DNA of 64,000 nt from a virus (lineage: Duplodnaviria; Heunggongvirae; Uroviricota; Caudoviricetes). How positions within the stretch are numbered: the first letter of the stretch is position 1; each line of letters opens with the position of its first letter. The notes under the pieces were generated by a model. It was not told the DNA's origin. It saw nothing but the letters and a program-made list of their open reading frames with translations, and did no database searches. Where the stretch lies: the IMG/VR virus record IMGVR_UViG_3300022871_000010. One strand, 5' to 3'. Made by a program: the position numbers and the translations under genes. Positions 27,600 to 36,807 of this stretch are shown piece by piece.

Positions 27600-27870
27600 T
27601 CAATAATCACACTTAACCATACTCCGTAGCTGATGAAAAGGTTATCTAGGTTTGGACGAACGAAAGCGGAGATAATTGTCGTCTCTCAATTGTGCACGAG
27701 TAGAGTGGAAAGGGTGTTAGACAACATAAATTCAAGCAGCACATAAAGCATGAACATGTCAAGAAGGTGTGAATCCTTCAAATATTTCCATAATCGGGCT
27801 TCGCTCGAGAAGATATATACCGGGAAGATGTTCTTTAAAAAGGGGCACGCCCGCCGGTATTTAATTATTG
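27600..27870 (+). ncRNA. Candidate structured noncoding RNA: a GC-enriched island next to the tRNAs.
   Basis: Local GC is far above the 30% background. Codon content (CGA, ACG, GCG) is atypical for this genome. GC-rich helices are possible (GGGCTTCGCTCGAG..., GGGGCACGCCCGCCGG). No confident family assignment. Confidence 0.3.
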
Positions 27871-27894
27871 CACATAAATATTTAGGTAAAAAAA

Positions 27895-28008
27895 ATGAAA
27901 ATAGATATAATTTGTAATGATTGTTTAAAGATAATCAGGACTGAAGAAAAAGACACATTTGATTATCATCATAAAGATTATTGCAAAGAGTGTGAGGAAA
28001 ACAAATGA
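27895..28008 (+). CDS. Zinc-ribbon mini-protein (37 aa). Not in the ORF track.
   Basis: MKIDIICNDCLKIIRTEEKDTFDYHHKDYCKECEENK with two CxxC pairs, preceded by an A-rich RBS. Confidence 0.45.
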   Translation: MKIDIICNDCLKIIRTEEKDTFDYHHKDYCKECEENK

Positions 28009-28028
28009 ATTAATAGAAGGGATAAATA

Positions 28029-28559
28029 ATGACAATACTAAATTATACAACAAAAATTTCTGTTGATAAAACAATTATGGAAATAGAAAAAATGTTAGCA
28101 CAAAGTGGCGCATCAAAGATATTAAAAGATTATGATATTAATGGCGATGTAGAAACAATATCTTTTAAGATAGTAACCGAAAAAGGAGAGTTACCTTTTA
28201 GATTACCAATGAATGGCAAAGCCGTACTGCAATCTTTAAAAAATCAATCAGAACAATTTAATAAAACAAAATATGGTTCAAAGCGTTTAGTTCCTAAAAG
28301 TATGGTTAATAAAGAACAGGCCGATAGGGTTGGGTGGAGAATAATAAAGGATTGGTTAGAAGCTCAATTAGCATTATTCTTTTTACAAATGGTTAAGATG
28401 GAAGAAATATTTTTACCTTACATGTATAATGAAGTAACTGGGCAAAACGTATTCAGTATGTTAGAATCAGAGAATTTTAATTTTCAGTTAGAAAATGAAT
28501 CTAAACCTAAAGTAGCGTATAGAAAAATATTGCAAAACCAACAGGAGTTTGAACAATGA
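28029..28559 (+). CDS. Hypothetical protein (176 aa).
   Basis: ORF preceded by GAAGGGA. Confidence 0.5.
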   Translation: MTILNYTTKISVDKTIMEIEKMLAQSGASKILKDYDINGDVETISFKIVTEKGELPFRLPMNGKAVLQSLKNQSEQFNKTKYGSKRLVPKSMVNKEQADRVGWRIIKDWLEAQLALFFLQMVKMEEIFLPYMYNEVTGQNVFSMLESENFNFQLENESKPKVAYRKILQNQQEFEQ

Positions 28560-28771
28560 AAAAAAATTATAAATACATGCACATATTAAATGGCAGACCT
28601 GCGCATTACGTAAATAATAGACAAATAGTTTTTTCTTGTGGGGTTGTAGAAAATCTTTGTGATACACTAAAACAACTCAAAAAACAACAATTATTAAGTG
28701 AAGCCTGGAGATTAAGCAAAGGGTGGATAGAAACAAAAGATTACGGGCATCTTAGAGTTGTGGTGGATTAA
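28556..28771 (+). CDS. Hypothetical protein (71 aa).
   Basis: ORF with a 4-nt overlap, so translationally coupled. Confidence 0.45.
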   Translation: MKKNYKYMHILNGRPAHYVNNRQIVFSCGVVENLCDTLKQLKKQQLLSEAWRLSKGWIETKDYGHLRVVVD

Positions 28772-28774
28772 ATA

Positions 28775-30943
28775 ATGGTTAGACAAATATCTTTTTCTCA
28801 AATGAATTTATTCTGGACTTGTCCTAAAACTTGGTACTTAAAATATATACAGAAAGTTCCAACCAAAGATAATTTAGTTTATGCTTTTAGAGGCAGTGTG
28901 GTTCATCATTGTTTAGAAACTTATTTTCCAAAAAAAACAATGACGATGGAAGAACTTAGACAGTTCTTTGATGATGAATGGAAAAAATATAAATTGTATG
29001 ATAGTAAATTACGTAATGCTAAAGAAGAAACTTGGCAGATGGTAATGAGAGGAGTAGATATTGGTTTAAATATTACAGATGTAGAATTAGCGGTTAGCTT
29101 TGATGATATCCGGGGCTTTATTGATGTTGTGGATAAAGAGAATTTAGAGATATGGGATTGGAAAACTAGCACTAGAAGTCAACATAATGAATTAGAATAT
29201 ATGGCCCAAGTAAAATTGTATGCATACTTGTATCACAGAAAGTTCGGAGTACTACCAAAATATACTGGAGTTAAGTATCTAAAGTATTCAGGTAAAGATG
29301 CATCGTTAGGTTGCGTTCCAACAATGGAAGATATAAAAATAGTTGGTCAATGGTTACAAAAAACCCAGGACAAAATGGAGTTCTATAAAAACAATGTTCA
29401 TAAGCTTCCAAGGTTTAATAAAGATTATTTCTTTTGTCCATACAAGCATCTGTGGGTTTTAAGTGATGAAGACACAATGGATTTTACTATAGAAGTTTAC
29501 GGTAATTTTATTAATGTTTCAGGAACTGACGAGTATCTTAATAATTATTTATATGATAAATATACTTATGAATTAGATGATGCAGTCGTTAAAGAAAAAA
29601 TGATTAAACGAAAGGCGGCAAGAAACAATAAAACCGTTAATATTAATTTAAGTAATACTAAAGTGCATTTGTGGGATAAATATAAAAAGCAAACATACAT
29701 AGGATTTTTGAATGCTGTAAAACAAACCTTAAATGATTATGCAGTAATAAAGAAAAAGAGCCCAATGATTCAAATTAAAGATATGAGAATATTTGATGAG
29801 ACTGTAGCGAAGATGCCAGAGAAACTTTTAACTGGAAAAATATTAATGGAACATCAAGATGCAGGAATTACATCATTCGTTAAAGAAGAACGAGGGTGTG
29901 TTGAAGCGGCAACTGGCGGCGGAAAGAGTTTAATTATTGCAGATTTTATTAGACGAAAACCTTTCAAGACATTAATAGTTATTCACACTAAAGAATTATT
30001 GTATCAGTTAAAGGACACTATAGAAGAAGAGCTTGGAGTAAAGTGCGGAGTAGTTGGTGATGGGGTTATAGATATACAACATATTACTGTGGCAACTATT
30101 CAAACACTTAATAGAAACTTAGGAGAATTTGCTGATTGGTTACAGTCAATAAGAAACATAATAATTGATGAAGCACATCATGCCGCCAGCGATAGTTATT
30201 TTAATTTGTTTACTAAACTAAAAAATGTTCAGTATCGTTTAGGAACCACAGCCACGTTTGATAGAGATGATGGCCACGAAATGAAACTTAAAGCCATTAT
30301 AGGAACTGAGGTATATTCTATAAAGAGTCAAGCATTAATTAAAAAAGATTTATTGATGAACCCAGATATTATGTTTATTAAGTATGAAGTACCTAAAGAA
30401 CAAAAAGAACTAATGGAACAAAAAGCTTTAGGGCAAAATATTAATCCAATACCAGAATACTTACCTTTCTATAAAACTAAAGTTATAGAGAATAATTTCC
30501 GTAACGCCCAGATACAAAAGATTGTAAATAAGCACGAGGACCAGTCAGTATTAATTTTAATAAAAAATATAGCCCACGGAGAACTATTAAATGAATTGAT
30601 TGAGGGGAGCGAATATATTAATGGAACTTCACCAAAAAAGTTCAGGGAAACAACCCTGGATAATTTTAAGAGTAAAAAACTTAGGGTTCTAGTATCTTCA
30701 GTAGGAATACTTAGTGAAGGGTTTAACATGCCGTCACTATCTATAATAGTTAATGCATCCGCCAACGTGGGGGATATTAAAACAGTTCAGATAATTGGGC
30801 GTATTTTGCGAAAACACAAGGATAAAACTATGGCAATATACTATGACTTTATGGACGAGGGGACATTCTTAGCTAGAGCTTCACTGGATAGAATGAAAAA
30901 ATTCAAGTCTGAAGGATATAAAATTAACTTAAACACATTGTAA
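28775..30943 (+). CDS. Nuclease-helicase fusion: an N-terminal PD-(D/E)xK (Cas4/RecB-like) nuclease joined to a C-terminal SF2 DEAH helicase (722 aa).
   Basis: Nuclease part has GFIDVVDKE...LEIWDWKTS (D...ExK-like) plus Cys residues (WTCPKT, FFCPYKH). Helicase motif I AATGGGKSL, motif II IIIDEAHHAAS, motif III LGTTATF, motifs V/VI VSSVGILSEGFNMP...QIIGRILR. Confidence 0.7.
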   Translation: MVRQISFSQMNLFWTCPKTWYLKYIQKVPTKDNLVYAFRGSVVHHCLETYFPKKTMTMEELRQFFDDEWKKYKLYDSKLRNAKEETWQMVMRGVDIGLNITDVELAVSFDDIRGFIDVVDKENLEIWDWKTSTRSQHNELEYMAQVKLYAYLYHRKFGVLPKYTGVKYLKYSGKDASLGCVPTMEDIKIVGQWLQKTQDKMEFYKNNVHKLPRFNKDYFFCPYKHLWVLSDEDTMDFTIEVYGNFINVSGTDEYLNNYLYDKYTYELDDAVVKEKMIKRKAARNNKTVNINLSNTKVHLWDKYKKQTYIGFLNAVKQTLNDYAVIKKKSPMIQIKDMRIFDETVAKMPEKLLTGKILMEHQDAGITSFVKEERGCVEAATGGGKSLIIADFIRRKPFKTLIVIHTKELLYQLKDTIEEELGVKCGVVGDGVIDIQHITVATIQTLNRNLGEFADWLQSIRNIIIDEAHHAASDSYFNLFTKLKNVQYRLGTTATFDRDDGHEMKLKAIIGTEVYSIKSQALIKKDLLMNPDIMFIKYEVPKEQKELMEQKALGQNINPIPEYLPFYKTKVIENNFRNAQIQKIVNKHEDQSVLILIKNIAHGELLNELIEGSEYINGTSPKKFRETTLDNFKSKKLRVLVSSVGILSEGFNMPSLSIIVNASANVGDIKTVQIIGRILRKHKDKTMAIYYDFMDEGTFLARASLDRMKKFKSEGYKINLNTL

Positions 30944-30947
30944 AATA

Positions 30948-30986
30948 CAAACATTTATATAGTTAAAGAATATATAGATATATACA
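30948..30986 (+). promoter_or_regulatory. Archaeal BRE/TATA promoter element, 39 bp, identical to 34203..34241.
   Basis: aaacatttatatagttaaagaatatatagatatatacaa occurs upstream of both 31008 and 34255. Confidence 0.55.
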
Positions 30987-31007
30987 ATTAACATTTCGAG
31001 GCAAAAA

Positions 31008-31250
31008 ATGGTAAAAAAATCTAAATTATTAAAGAAACAAATTAGGTCTGAAGTATTTAACACATTAAGACAAATATTATTAACTGTAATATTTTTAATT
31101 GCTTATGTGGTTGTAATGGCATTAATTCTTAAAAAAATTGTTTCCGGGACTATAACAACATACGATGAAGCAATAGGAATAGTGGCCTCAATATTAGCAA
31201 GTATATTTATTTTAGTTGGGCTTTTAGCATGGGCCTGGACAGAGGTATAA
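31008..31250 (+). CDS. Small membrane protein (80 aa).
   Basis: Two transmembrane helices (ILLTVIFLIAYVVVMALIL; IVASILASIFILVGLLAWAW). Confidence 0.5.
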   Translation: MVKKSKLLKKQIRSEVFNTLRQILLTVIFLIAYVVVMALILKKIVSGTITTYDEAIGIVASILASIFILVGLLAWAWTEV

Positions 31251-31255
31251 AAAGA

Positions 31256-31543
31256 ATGACAAAAAAGAAAAATAAACAATTTATAACAACCGAACAGATG
31301 GTTGGGGTGCTATTGGCAGTAGCTTTTTTAACTTTAGCACTACCCACAATAACAAGTGCTTTATGTGAGGACAACACAAGAACCTTATTAAAAGATACAA
31401 CACTTTCAATAAAGTTTAATGACTGCATTGAAAATTACCATAACATTGTAGCTGAAAGTCCATATAATTATGAATTAAGTAAAAGTGTTTACGAACCATT
31501 ATGCGTGGATATCATTACAATAAATAAATTAAAATTAGAATAA
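31256..31543 (+). CDS. Hypothetical secreted or membrane protein. The start is revised to the internal ATG at 31256.
   Basis: MTKKKNKQFITTEQMVGVLLAVAFLTLALPTITSALCED. Signal-peptide-like. Confidence 0.45.
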   Translation: MTKKKNKQFITTEQMVGVLLAVAFLTLALPTITSALCEDNTRTLLKDTTLSIKFNDCIENYHNIVAESPYNYELSKSVYEPLCVDIITINKLKLE

Positions 31544-31565
31544 ACATATAGGAGAATATAGAAAA

Positions 31566-32465
31566 ATGAAATACAAAAAAGGAAGCGGAGAAATCGCAGC
31601 AATATTTGGAGTAGTAATATTCATAATTATTGCAGTAGCAGCAACAGTAGGATTTGACTCAGTTGACGCAAGTCATAAAGGAGTCAAAGTTAGACTAGGA
31701 AAAATTACAGGAACAATGGAACCAGGAATGCAATGGACTGGATTATTAACAGATGTATATCAATACGATTTAAGAGTTAGAAAAATGACTGTAGATATGA
31801 CTGGGATTCAAGGGGCAGTTGATAAAGATGGACAAAGTGTTTATGCCACTATAGAAATCAATTATAAACTAAACCCATTGAATGTAGATAGAGCATATGC
31901 AGAAATTGGTACAGACGCATATTTAGCAGATACTTTAAGACTTGAAGGAATAGTTAAGGAAGGATTTAAAACTGTAACAAGTAAGTACAGCAGTATTGAA
32001 ATATTCCAAAAACGTCAAGAAGTTAAAGAAGCCGCTATTGAACAAATTCAAAGTAAATTTCCTCAAGAGTTTTTTAATATAGAAAACGTAATCTTATCAA
32101 ACATAGATTTCAACCCAGCATTTAAAGCAGCTATCGAGCAAAAAAAAGTAGCTGAAGAAATGGCTAAAGCGGCAGAACAAGAAGTACAAGTTAATAAGTT
32201 CGAGGCCAATAAACAGATTGAAACAGCTAGAGGATTAGCAGAAAGTAAAAAACTACAAGCAGAAGCAGACGCATATTTAATTGAAGTAATGGCATCAGCA
32301 GAAGCTAGAGCATTAGAATTAAAAGCTAAAGAATTAACTCCAATGATGATTCAAAACAACTGGATTGATGCATGGGGTAACGGCGCTAAAGTTCCAATGT
32401 ATGTAGCTGGAAGTGGTGGAGATAACTTTTTAATGGAAATGCCAGCAATGGTAGGGGCCCAATAA
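31566..32465 (+). CDS. SPFH/band-7 (stomatin/prohibitin-like) membrane protein (299 aa).
   Basis: N-terminal transmembrane helix, PHB-like core, and the characteristic A/E/K-rich coiled coil AIEQKKVAEEMAKAAEQEVQV...AEADAYLIEVMASAEARALELKA. Confidence 0.7.
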   Translation: MKYKKGSGEIAAIFGVVIFIIIAVAATVGFDSVDASHKGVKVRLGKITGTMEPGMQWTGLLTDVYQYDLRVRKMTVDMTGIQGAVDKDGQSVYATIEINYKLNPLNVDRAYAEIGTDAYLADTLRLEGIVKEGFKTVTSKYSSIEIFQKRQEVKEAAIEQIQSKFPQEFFNIENVILSNIDFNPAFKAAIEQKKVAEEMAKAAEQEVQVNKFEANKQIETARGLAESKKLQAEADAYLIEVMASAEARALELKAKELTPMMIQNNWIDAWGNGAKVPMYVAGSGGDNFLMEMPAMVGAQ

Positions 32466-32466
32466 A

Positions 32467-32742
32467 ATGGTTAGAATGCTTTTGTTTATTATATTATTTT
32501 CAATACCATTAGCATTTTTTGTTAAATGGCTTGTGGCTTTTTTAAAGCCCGCCTATGACAAAGAAGAAAAAGCGTTTGAAAAGAATATAATGAACGCATC
32601 ATTTGAAAAAAAACGATGCACCACAAATATAAACACCCATGAATTTATTGTAAAAAATAAAGTTAAAACATGCAAGTGGTGTGGAAAAACAGTTAACGAT
32701 ATAGCTGAAGAAGCTAAAAAAGAAATCATTGCTAAATCATAA
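32467..32742 (+). CDS. Small membrane protein with a C-terminal CxxC (91 aa).
   Basis: N-terminal transmembrane helix. KTCKWCGK. Confidence 0.45.
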   Translation: MVRMLLFIILFSIPLAFFVKWLVAFLKPAYDKEEKAFEKNIMNASFEKKRCTTNINTHEFIVKNKVKTCKWCGKTVNDIAEEAKKEIIAKS

Positions 32743-32744
32743 CA

Positions 32745-33218
32745 ATGGAATTTAATGTATTAATTGGTATGGGTAGTGCTGGGATAGCGCTAAGTATATT
32801 ATTTTTTTATTTATATAAAAACTATAAGAATGCAACAAAACAAAACGCAGGATTAGCAAAAGATAGAATAACCACAGAAATAACTATATTTAAGAGCGCC
32901 TGGAAAAAATTAAAACACGATGGTGGAATAACTTTAACTAAACCAGAAGAAACTAGAGTATGGATAGGAGCAATAACCATAGTGTTGGCAAGTATCGGTT
33001 TATTAATTATATTTATTATGGGTGCGTATTCACTTGCAGAAACCGCGTTTTCAGATACAGGTGATTCAGGAACAATTAACGCAACCGGAATGACAGACGA
33101 TGATATAGTGGATTCTATTGCATCTCTTGTTACGTGGGGAGTATTTTTAACTGTGGGCGCATCAGTGGTTGGCACCATTATACAATTTGCTAAAATTATG
33201 AAAAAAGATGAGGACTAA
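32745..33218 (+). CDS. Membrane protein (157 aa).
   Basis: Three hydrophobic helices. Confidence 0.5.
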   Translation: MEFNVLIGMGSAGIALSILFFYLYKNYKNATKQNAGLAKDRITTEITIFKSAWKKLKHDGGITLTKPEETRVWIGAITIVLASIGLLIIFIMGAYSLAETAFSDTGDSGTINATGMTDDDIVDSIASLVTWGVFLTVGASVVGTIIQFAKIMKKDED

Positions 33219-33221
33219 AAA

Positions 33222-33653
33222 ATGAAATTAAATATATTAGTGAGCATGATAAGTGGTTTAGTAATACTTTTAATTTTAGGTTTTTATTTATTTAAAAACC
33301 ATAAATCAACAATAACAAATAAAATTAAGGGTATAACTGGCGGATATAGTCAATCAATAATATCACGGGTGCTTATAATAATTATTATTATGGTTGCAAC
33401 TATAACAATTATTATTAATATAGTAACCCCAAATGAAATTGTAGACGGGTCTATAGAAGATATAATAACACCAGAAACAGTATCAACAAATGAAACTAAT
33501 ATCAATAATGTAACAACCATACAAGATTTTTTAGAAGGAGATGATATTATAGCAAATATAGCATACGGGCTATCAAATAATACATTTTTGATAATAATGT
33601 TATTAACCCCAGTATTTTGGTTGAGTAGAAGATTTATTCGTGATTTAATGTGA
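33222..33653 (+). CDS. Membrane protein (143 aa).
   Basis: Three hydrophobic helices. N-terminus resembles the preceding gene (MKLNILVSMISGLVILLILGFYLFKN versus MEFNVLIGMGSAGIALSILFFYLYKN), so probably a tandem paralog. Confidence 0.5.
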   Translation: MKLNILVSMISGLVILLILGFYLFKNHKSTITNKIKGITGGYSQSIISRVLIIIIIMVATITIIINIVTPNEIVDGSIEDIITPETVSTNETNINNVTTIQDFLEGDDIIANIAYGLSNNTFLIIMLLTPVFWLSRRFIRDLM

Positions 33654-33663
33654 GGACTAAAAA

Positions 33664-33834
33664 ATGAGCACAAAACGTTCAATAAAATATGTAGATACAA
33701 AAAAGTTCGAGTTGCATTTATATGATGATTGTTGTGGGCCTTCAGCAATAACAATAAGAATAAACGACAATGAAACAACACTAGAATTGACACAAGCAGA
33801 AGTCAAAGATATAAAAAAACAATTAGAGGCCTAA
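33664..33834 (+). CDS. Small protein with a CC pair (56 aa). Not in the ORF track.
   Basis: aggactaaaaaATG start, the same RBS context as the two upstream genes. Confidence 0.4.
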   Translation: MSTKRSIKYVDTKKFELHLYDDCCGPSAITIRINDNETTLELTQAEVKDIKKQLEA

Positions 33835-33954
33835 AAAAATGGTTAAAAAAATTATTAAAACAAAAAAAGATATAGAATTAGAAAAGATTACAGAGTTTTT
33901 ATTAGACATGTCATAAGTGGTGATAAACAATGATAAAAAAACAAAGCTATAAAA

Positions 33955-34010
33955 AAGCAGCATATGATGAAAATTAATGTCTAAAGCAATCCCACTATCT
34001 TTAGTGGTGG
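33955..34010. repeat. Copy 2 of the 46-bp IS-end-like element (atgaaaattaatgtctaaagcaatcccactatctttagtggtggga).
   Basis: Exact match to the reverse complement of about 350-398, including the codons MKINV*. Confidence 0.6.
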
Positions 34011-34106
34011 GAGTATCAAATATCTAAGAAGAAATTAGAATTAATAGAAGACAAATATAAAGAGCTTTACACTTCAGGATTTTTTAGACGAATTACAAGG
34101 GTTATA

Positions 34107-34193
34107 ATGAAAAATGGATGGTACAAATACAAAAAGCGTGTACCCTTTAAGTTATATTCTAATAACTTATCAATGGTTAATACCACAGAATAA
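34107..34193 (+). pseudogene. Possible decayed tnpA-like remnant downstream of element copy 2.
   Basis: MKNGWYKYKKRVPFKLYSNN... is only weakly like the TnpA N-terminus (W.K.K...Y). It is short, and the inference rests on position. Confidence 0.2.
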
Positions 34194-34202
34194 CTACAAA
34201 AA

Positions 34203-34241
34203 CAAAACATTTATATAGTTAAAGAATATATAGATATATAC
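34203..34241 (+). promoter_or_regulatory. Second copy of the 39-bp BRE/TATA promoter element.
   Basis: Identical to 30948..30986. Confidence 0.55.
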
Positions 34242-34254
34242 AAGGGTGTCTTAA

Positions 34255-34956
34255 ATGAAAATTAAACAAAACTTACTAAACAATTTTTTAAATATAATGC
34301 AACTAGATACAGTGTACTCTACCAAATTAACATTTGGGTCTGAAGGATTGTATTCTAGAACTATGTGTGAAGCAGAAACACACTTCGCCGAAGGACTATT
34401 AAAAAAAGAATCCTTTGAAGATTATGAAGAAATAGGAGTTATAGCCATAGATGATTTACCGCAATTAGTTAAAGCGCTGAAACGCCTAGGAAATAAAACT
34501 GAAGTAACCATAAAAACTCTGAAGAATGAATTAATCTTTGAAACTTCAAAAAAGCATTTAAATGTTAAATTGACTGAAGAAAAATTTATTAAAGATATAA
34601 GAGAGTTCCCGGACATTAAATATGAAGAAAGTTTTATTATAGATTGTAAAGATATTAAAGAGTTTATTACAGATGTTAAAATAAACAAAGACTTCACAAT
34701 AATAATAAAAACTGACAAGAATAAAGCAGAACTTACCAATACTGGGGACTACAAGTTTTCACACATAATTATAGATGAAAACATTAAAGGCGGGCAACTA
34801 ATAAAGTTTGGGTCCCCACTAATTGCAGCACTGCAGAATTTTAAAGACGGTAGTATTACAGTTACAGTAGAAACAGATGAACCATTAACGGCAAATCATA
34901 CTACAGAACATTATAGTATATCTCTGTTAGTAGCCCCTTACGTATCAAACTCCTGA
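34255..34956 (+). CDS. PCNA-like sliding clamp (233 aa).
   Basis: Size and pattern F..Y......GVIAIDDLPQLVKALKRL resemble PCNA domain 1. The C-terminal LLVAPYVSNS resembles the PCNA YYLAPK tail. It lies directly upstream of the clamp loader. Confidence 0.55.
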   Translation: MKIKQNLLNNFLNIMQLDTVYSTKLTFGSEGLYSRTMCEAETHFAEGLLKKESFEDYEEIGVIAIDDLPQLVKALKRLGNKTEVTIKTLKNELIFETSKKHLNVKLTEEKFIKDIREFPDIKYEESFIIDCKDIKEFITDVKINKDFTIIIKTDKNKAELTNTGDYKFSHIIIDENIKGGQLIKFGSPLIAALQNFKDGSITVTVETDEPLTANHTTEHYSISLLVAPYVSNS

Positions 34957-35210
34957 ATAAGGAATAGCTGTAGAAGTTTTAAGACACCTCTTTTCTCTTC
35001 TACAGCAACTTTAAATATAAAATAAAAAGGTGAAACTTATGAAACTAAAAATTATAGAAACCAAAAATAGTATTAAAAAACATGAAACTAAAATTAACGA
35101 GTATTTAGATAAACTAGATAGCGATATGGAATTAACATCTAATAAAATATTACACTTTGAAGATGATATATATTATACTACATTTTTATATCACCAATAG
35201 GTAAAATAAG

Positions 35211-36107
35211 ATGAATGACATAAATAAAGTATGGACGGAAAAGTATAGACCAAAACAAATGAGCGATATAGTTGGTGGGTTTAAAGATGAAATAAACAAC
35301 ATGCTTAAAGAACCACAATTAATGCAGCACTTACTATTTCATTCAAGAAGCCCTGGAGTGGGTAAAACAACTTTAGCTAGAATAATATCAAAACAGTTAG
35401 AAGCAGATGTCCTGGAAATAAATTCTTCAGATGACAGAAGCATAGAGACTGTTAGAACTAAAATAATAGCTTTTGCGAGGACTAAATCATCAAACCCTAA
35501 TACGAGAAGGATAGTTATCTTAGATGAAGCAGATGGCCTTACAGGGATATCACAGAAAGCATTGATTAATCCAATGGAATCATATGTTCACAATGTATTA
35601 TTCATATTAACTTGCAATGATATAACAAAAATTATAGATACATTACAATCAAGATGCAATATCATAAATTTTGATAATCCCGATAGAGGAGACATATATG
35701 AATATTTAGTTAAAGTATGTAAACAAGAGAAAATAACATTTACAGAAAAAGGGTTATTTAGTATAATAAAATATAATTATCCAAGTATAAGAAATTGTAT
35801 TATAGCAATACAAAAGACAGTTATGAAAAAAGGAGTTGTCACAGAAGACTCTTATGAAATATTCAATGAACAACATGAACACATATGGAATTTAGTAACT
35901 AAAGAAAAAAATTATGAAGTTGTTAAAGATTTCATATTATCAATAGATATTAATATTAAACAATTAAACAATTATTTATGGGATAAAGCCGTAAAGACTT
36001 CAAACCCTAAATTAATAAAAATAACTTGTATGAACGAGATACTAATGTCCCGGGGAGCGGATGATAAAATAGTTTTTATTACATCGTTGTTGGAGATGGT
36101 TAAGTGA
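35211..36107 (+). CDS. rfc: Replication factor C small-subunit-like clamp loader (AAA+) (298 aa).
   Basis: RFC box II WTEKYRP. Walker A SPGVGKTTLA. Walker B ILDEADGLT. SRC motif LQSRCNIINF. Confidence 0.85.
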   Translation: MNDINKVWTEKYRPKQMSDIVGGFKDEINNMLKEPQLMQHLLFHSRSPGVGKTTLARIISKQLEADVLEINSSDDRSIETVRTKIIAFARTKSSNPNTRRIVILDEADGLTGISQKALINPMESYVHNVLFILTCNDITKIIDTLQSRCNIINFDNPDRGDIYEYLVKVCKQEKITFTEKGLFSIIKYNYPSIRNCIIAIQKTVMKKGVVTEDSYEIFNEQHEHIWNLVTKEKNYEVVKDFILSIDINIKQLNNYLWDKAVKTSNPKLIKITCMNEILMSRGADDKIVFITSLLEMVK

Positions 36108-36487
36108 TTTTGTTTAAACAAATAGGAAAATTGTTTTCTAGTGAATCCAGTGAATGGATATCAAAGCTAGAAAATAAACAAATTAGTCCTGTTGTTATTC
36201 AGAAGTATCTAAGCCAGTATCAAAAGTCAGAACATGTAGCTAGAGCTTTAAACGAGCATGTATATACATTACAGCCAAAACAGTATTTAAGTTTAGCCTG
36301 GAGCATGCTTTTTTGGAATGGAAAAAAATTAGCTAAAGCACCATTCATCAAATATAAAAAAGTAGAAACTCCACACACAGTTTCGCCAATGCAGAAACAA
36401 TTACATATGGCAACAAACGATTATTGTTTGCTGGACGGGCTATTAGATTATCAAGCACCACAAATTTTAGAGGTTAAAACAAAATGA
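36104..36487 (+). CDS. Hypothetical protein (127 aa).
   Basis: ORF with a 4-nt overlap to rfc. Confidence 0.45.
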   Translation: MILFKQIGKLFSSESSEWISKLENKQISPVVIQKYLSQYQKSEHVARALNEHVYTLQPKQYLSLAWSMLFWNGKKLAKAPFIKYKKVETPHTVSPMQKQLHMATNDYCLLDGLLDYQAPQILEVKTK

Positions 36488-36795
36488 CAGAAAGATGGTG
36501 GAATAGATACATTTTTGAGAATTTTATTTTTTACATAATTGCGGCAATTACAGTAGGGTTTGTTTTTTTAATGTCATGGGTTGCAGCAACATCAACATAC
36601 ACTGAATTTTTATGTAAAGATGCAGACAATATAGAAAATTTAAATGTAGTAAGCTTTAATGACGATGGAGAATTAGTATGTTTAAACACAACATATAGCA
36701 ATACGACTAAATCAAACATTATAGCAGGAGTAGGAATTTTACTATTTTTTACTATTATATTTACAGGGAGTGGGTATATACCAATATGGTGCTGA
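36484..36795 (+). CDS. Small membrane protein (103 aa).
   Basis: Two transmembrane helices. Confidence 0.45.
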   Translation: MTERWWNRYIFENFIFYIIAAITVGFVFLMSWVAATSTYTEFLCKDADNIENLNVVSFNDDGELVCLNTTYSNTTKSNIIAGVGILLFFTIIFTGSGYIPIWC

Positions 36796-36807
36796 GGAGA
36801 AAACAAA

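Noticed and set aside
26990-27600. An integrase and attP adjacent to the tRNA genes, which would mark a provirus boundary.
   Set aside because: No tyrosine or serine recombinase motifs (R..H..R..Y, or the S-R catalytic patch) were recognised in neighbouring ORFs. Both tRNAs appear full-length. The integration idea remains speculative.
27625-27700. Hammerhead ribozyme or C/D-box sRNA suggested by CTGATGA followed by CGAAAGC.
   Set aside because: No properly placed stem II or III and no GUC cleavage triplet for a hammerhead. No CUGA D/D' boxes at guide-length spacing for a C/D sRNA. It is kept only as generic candidate structured RNA.
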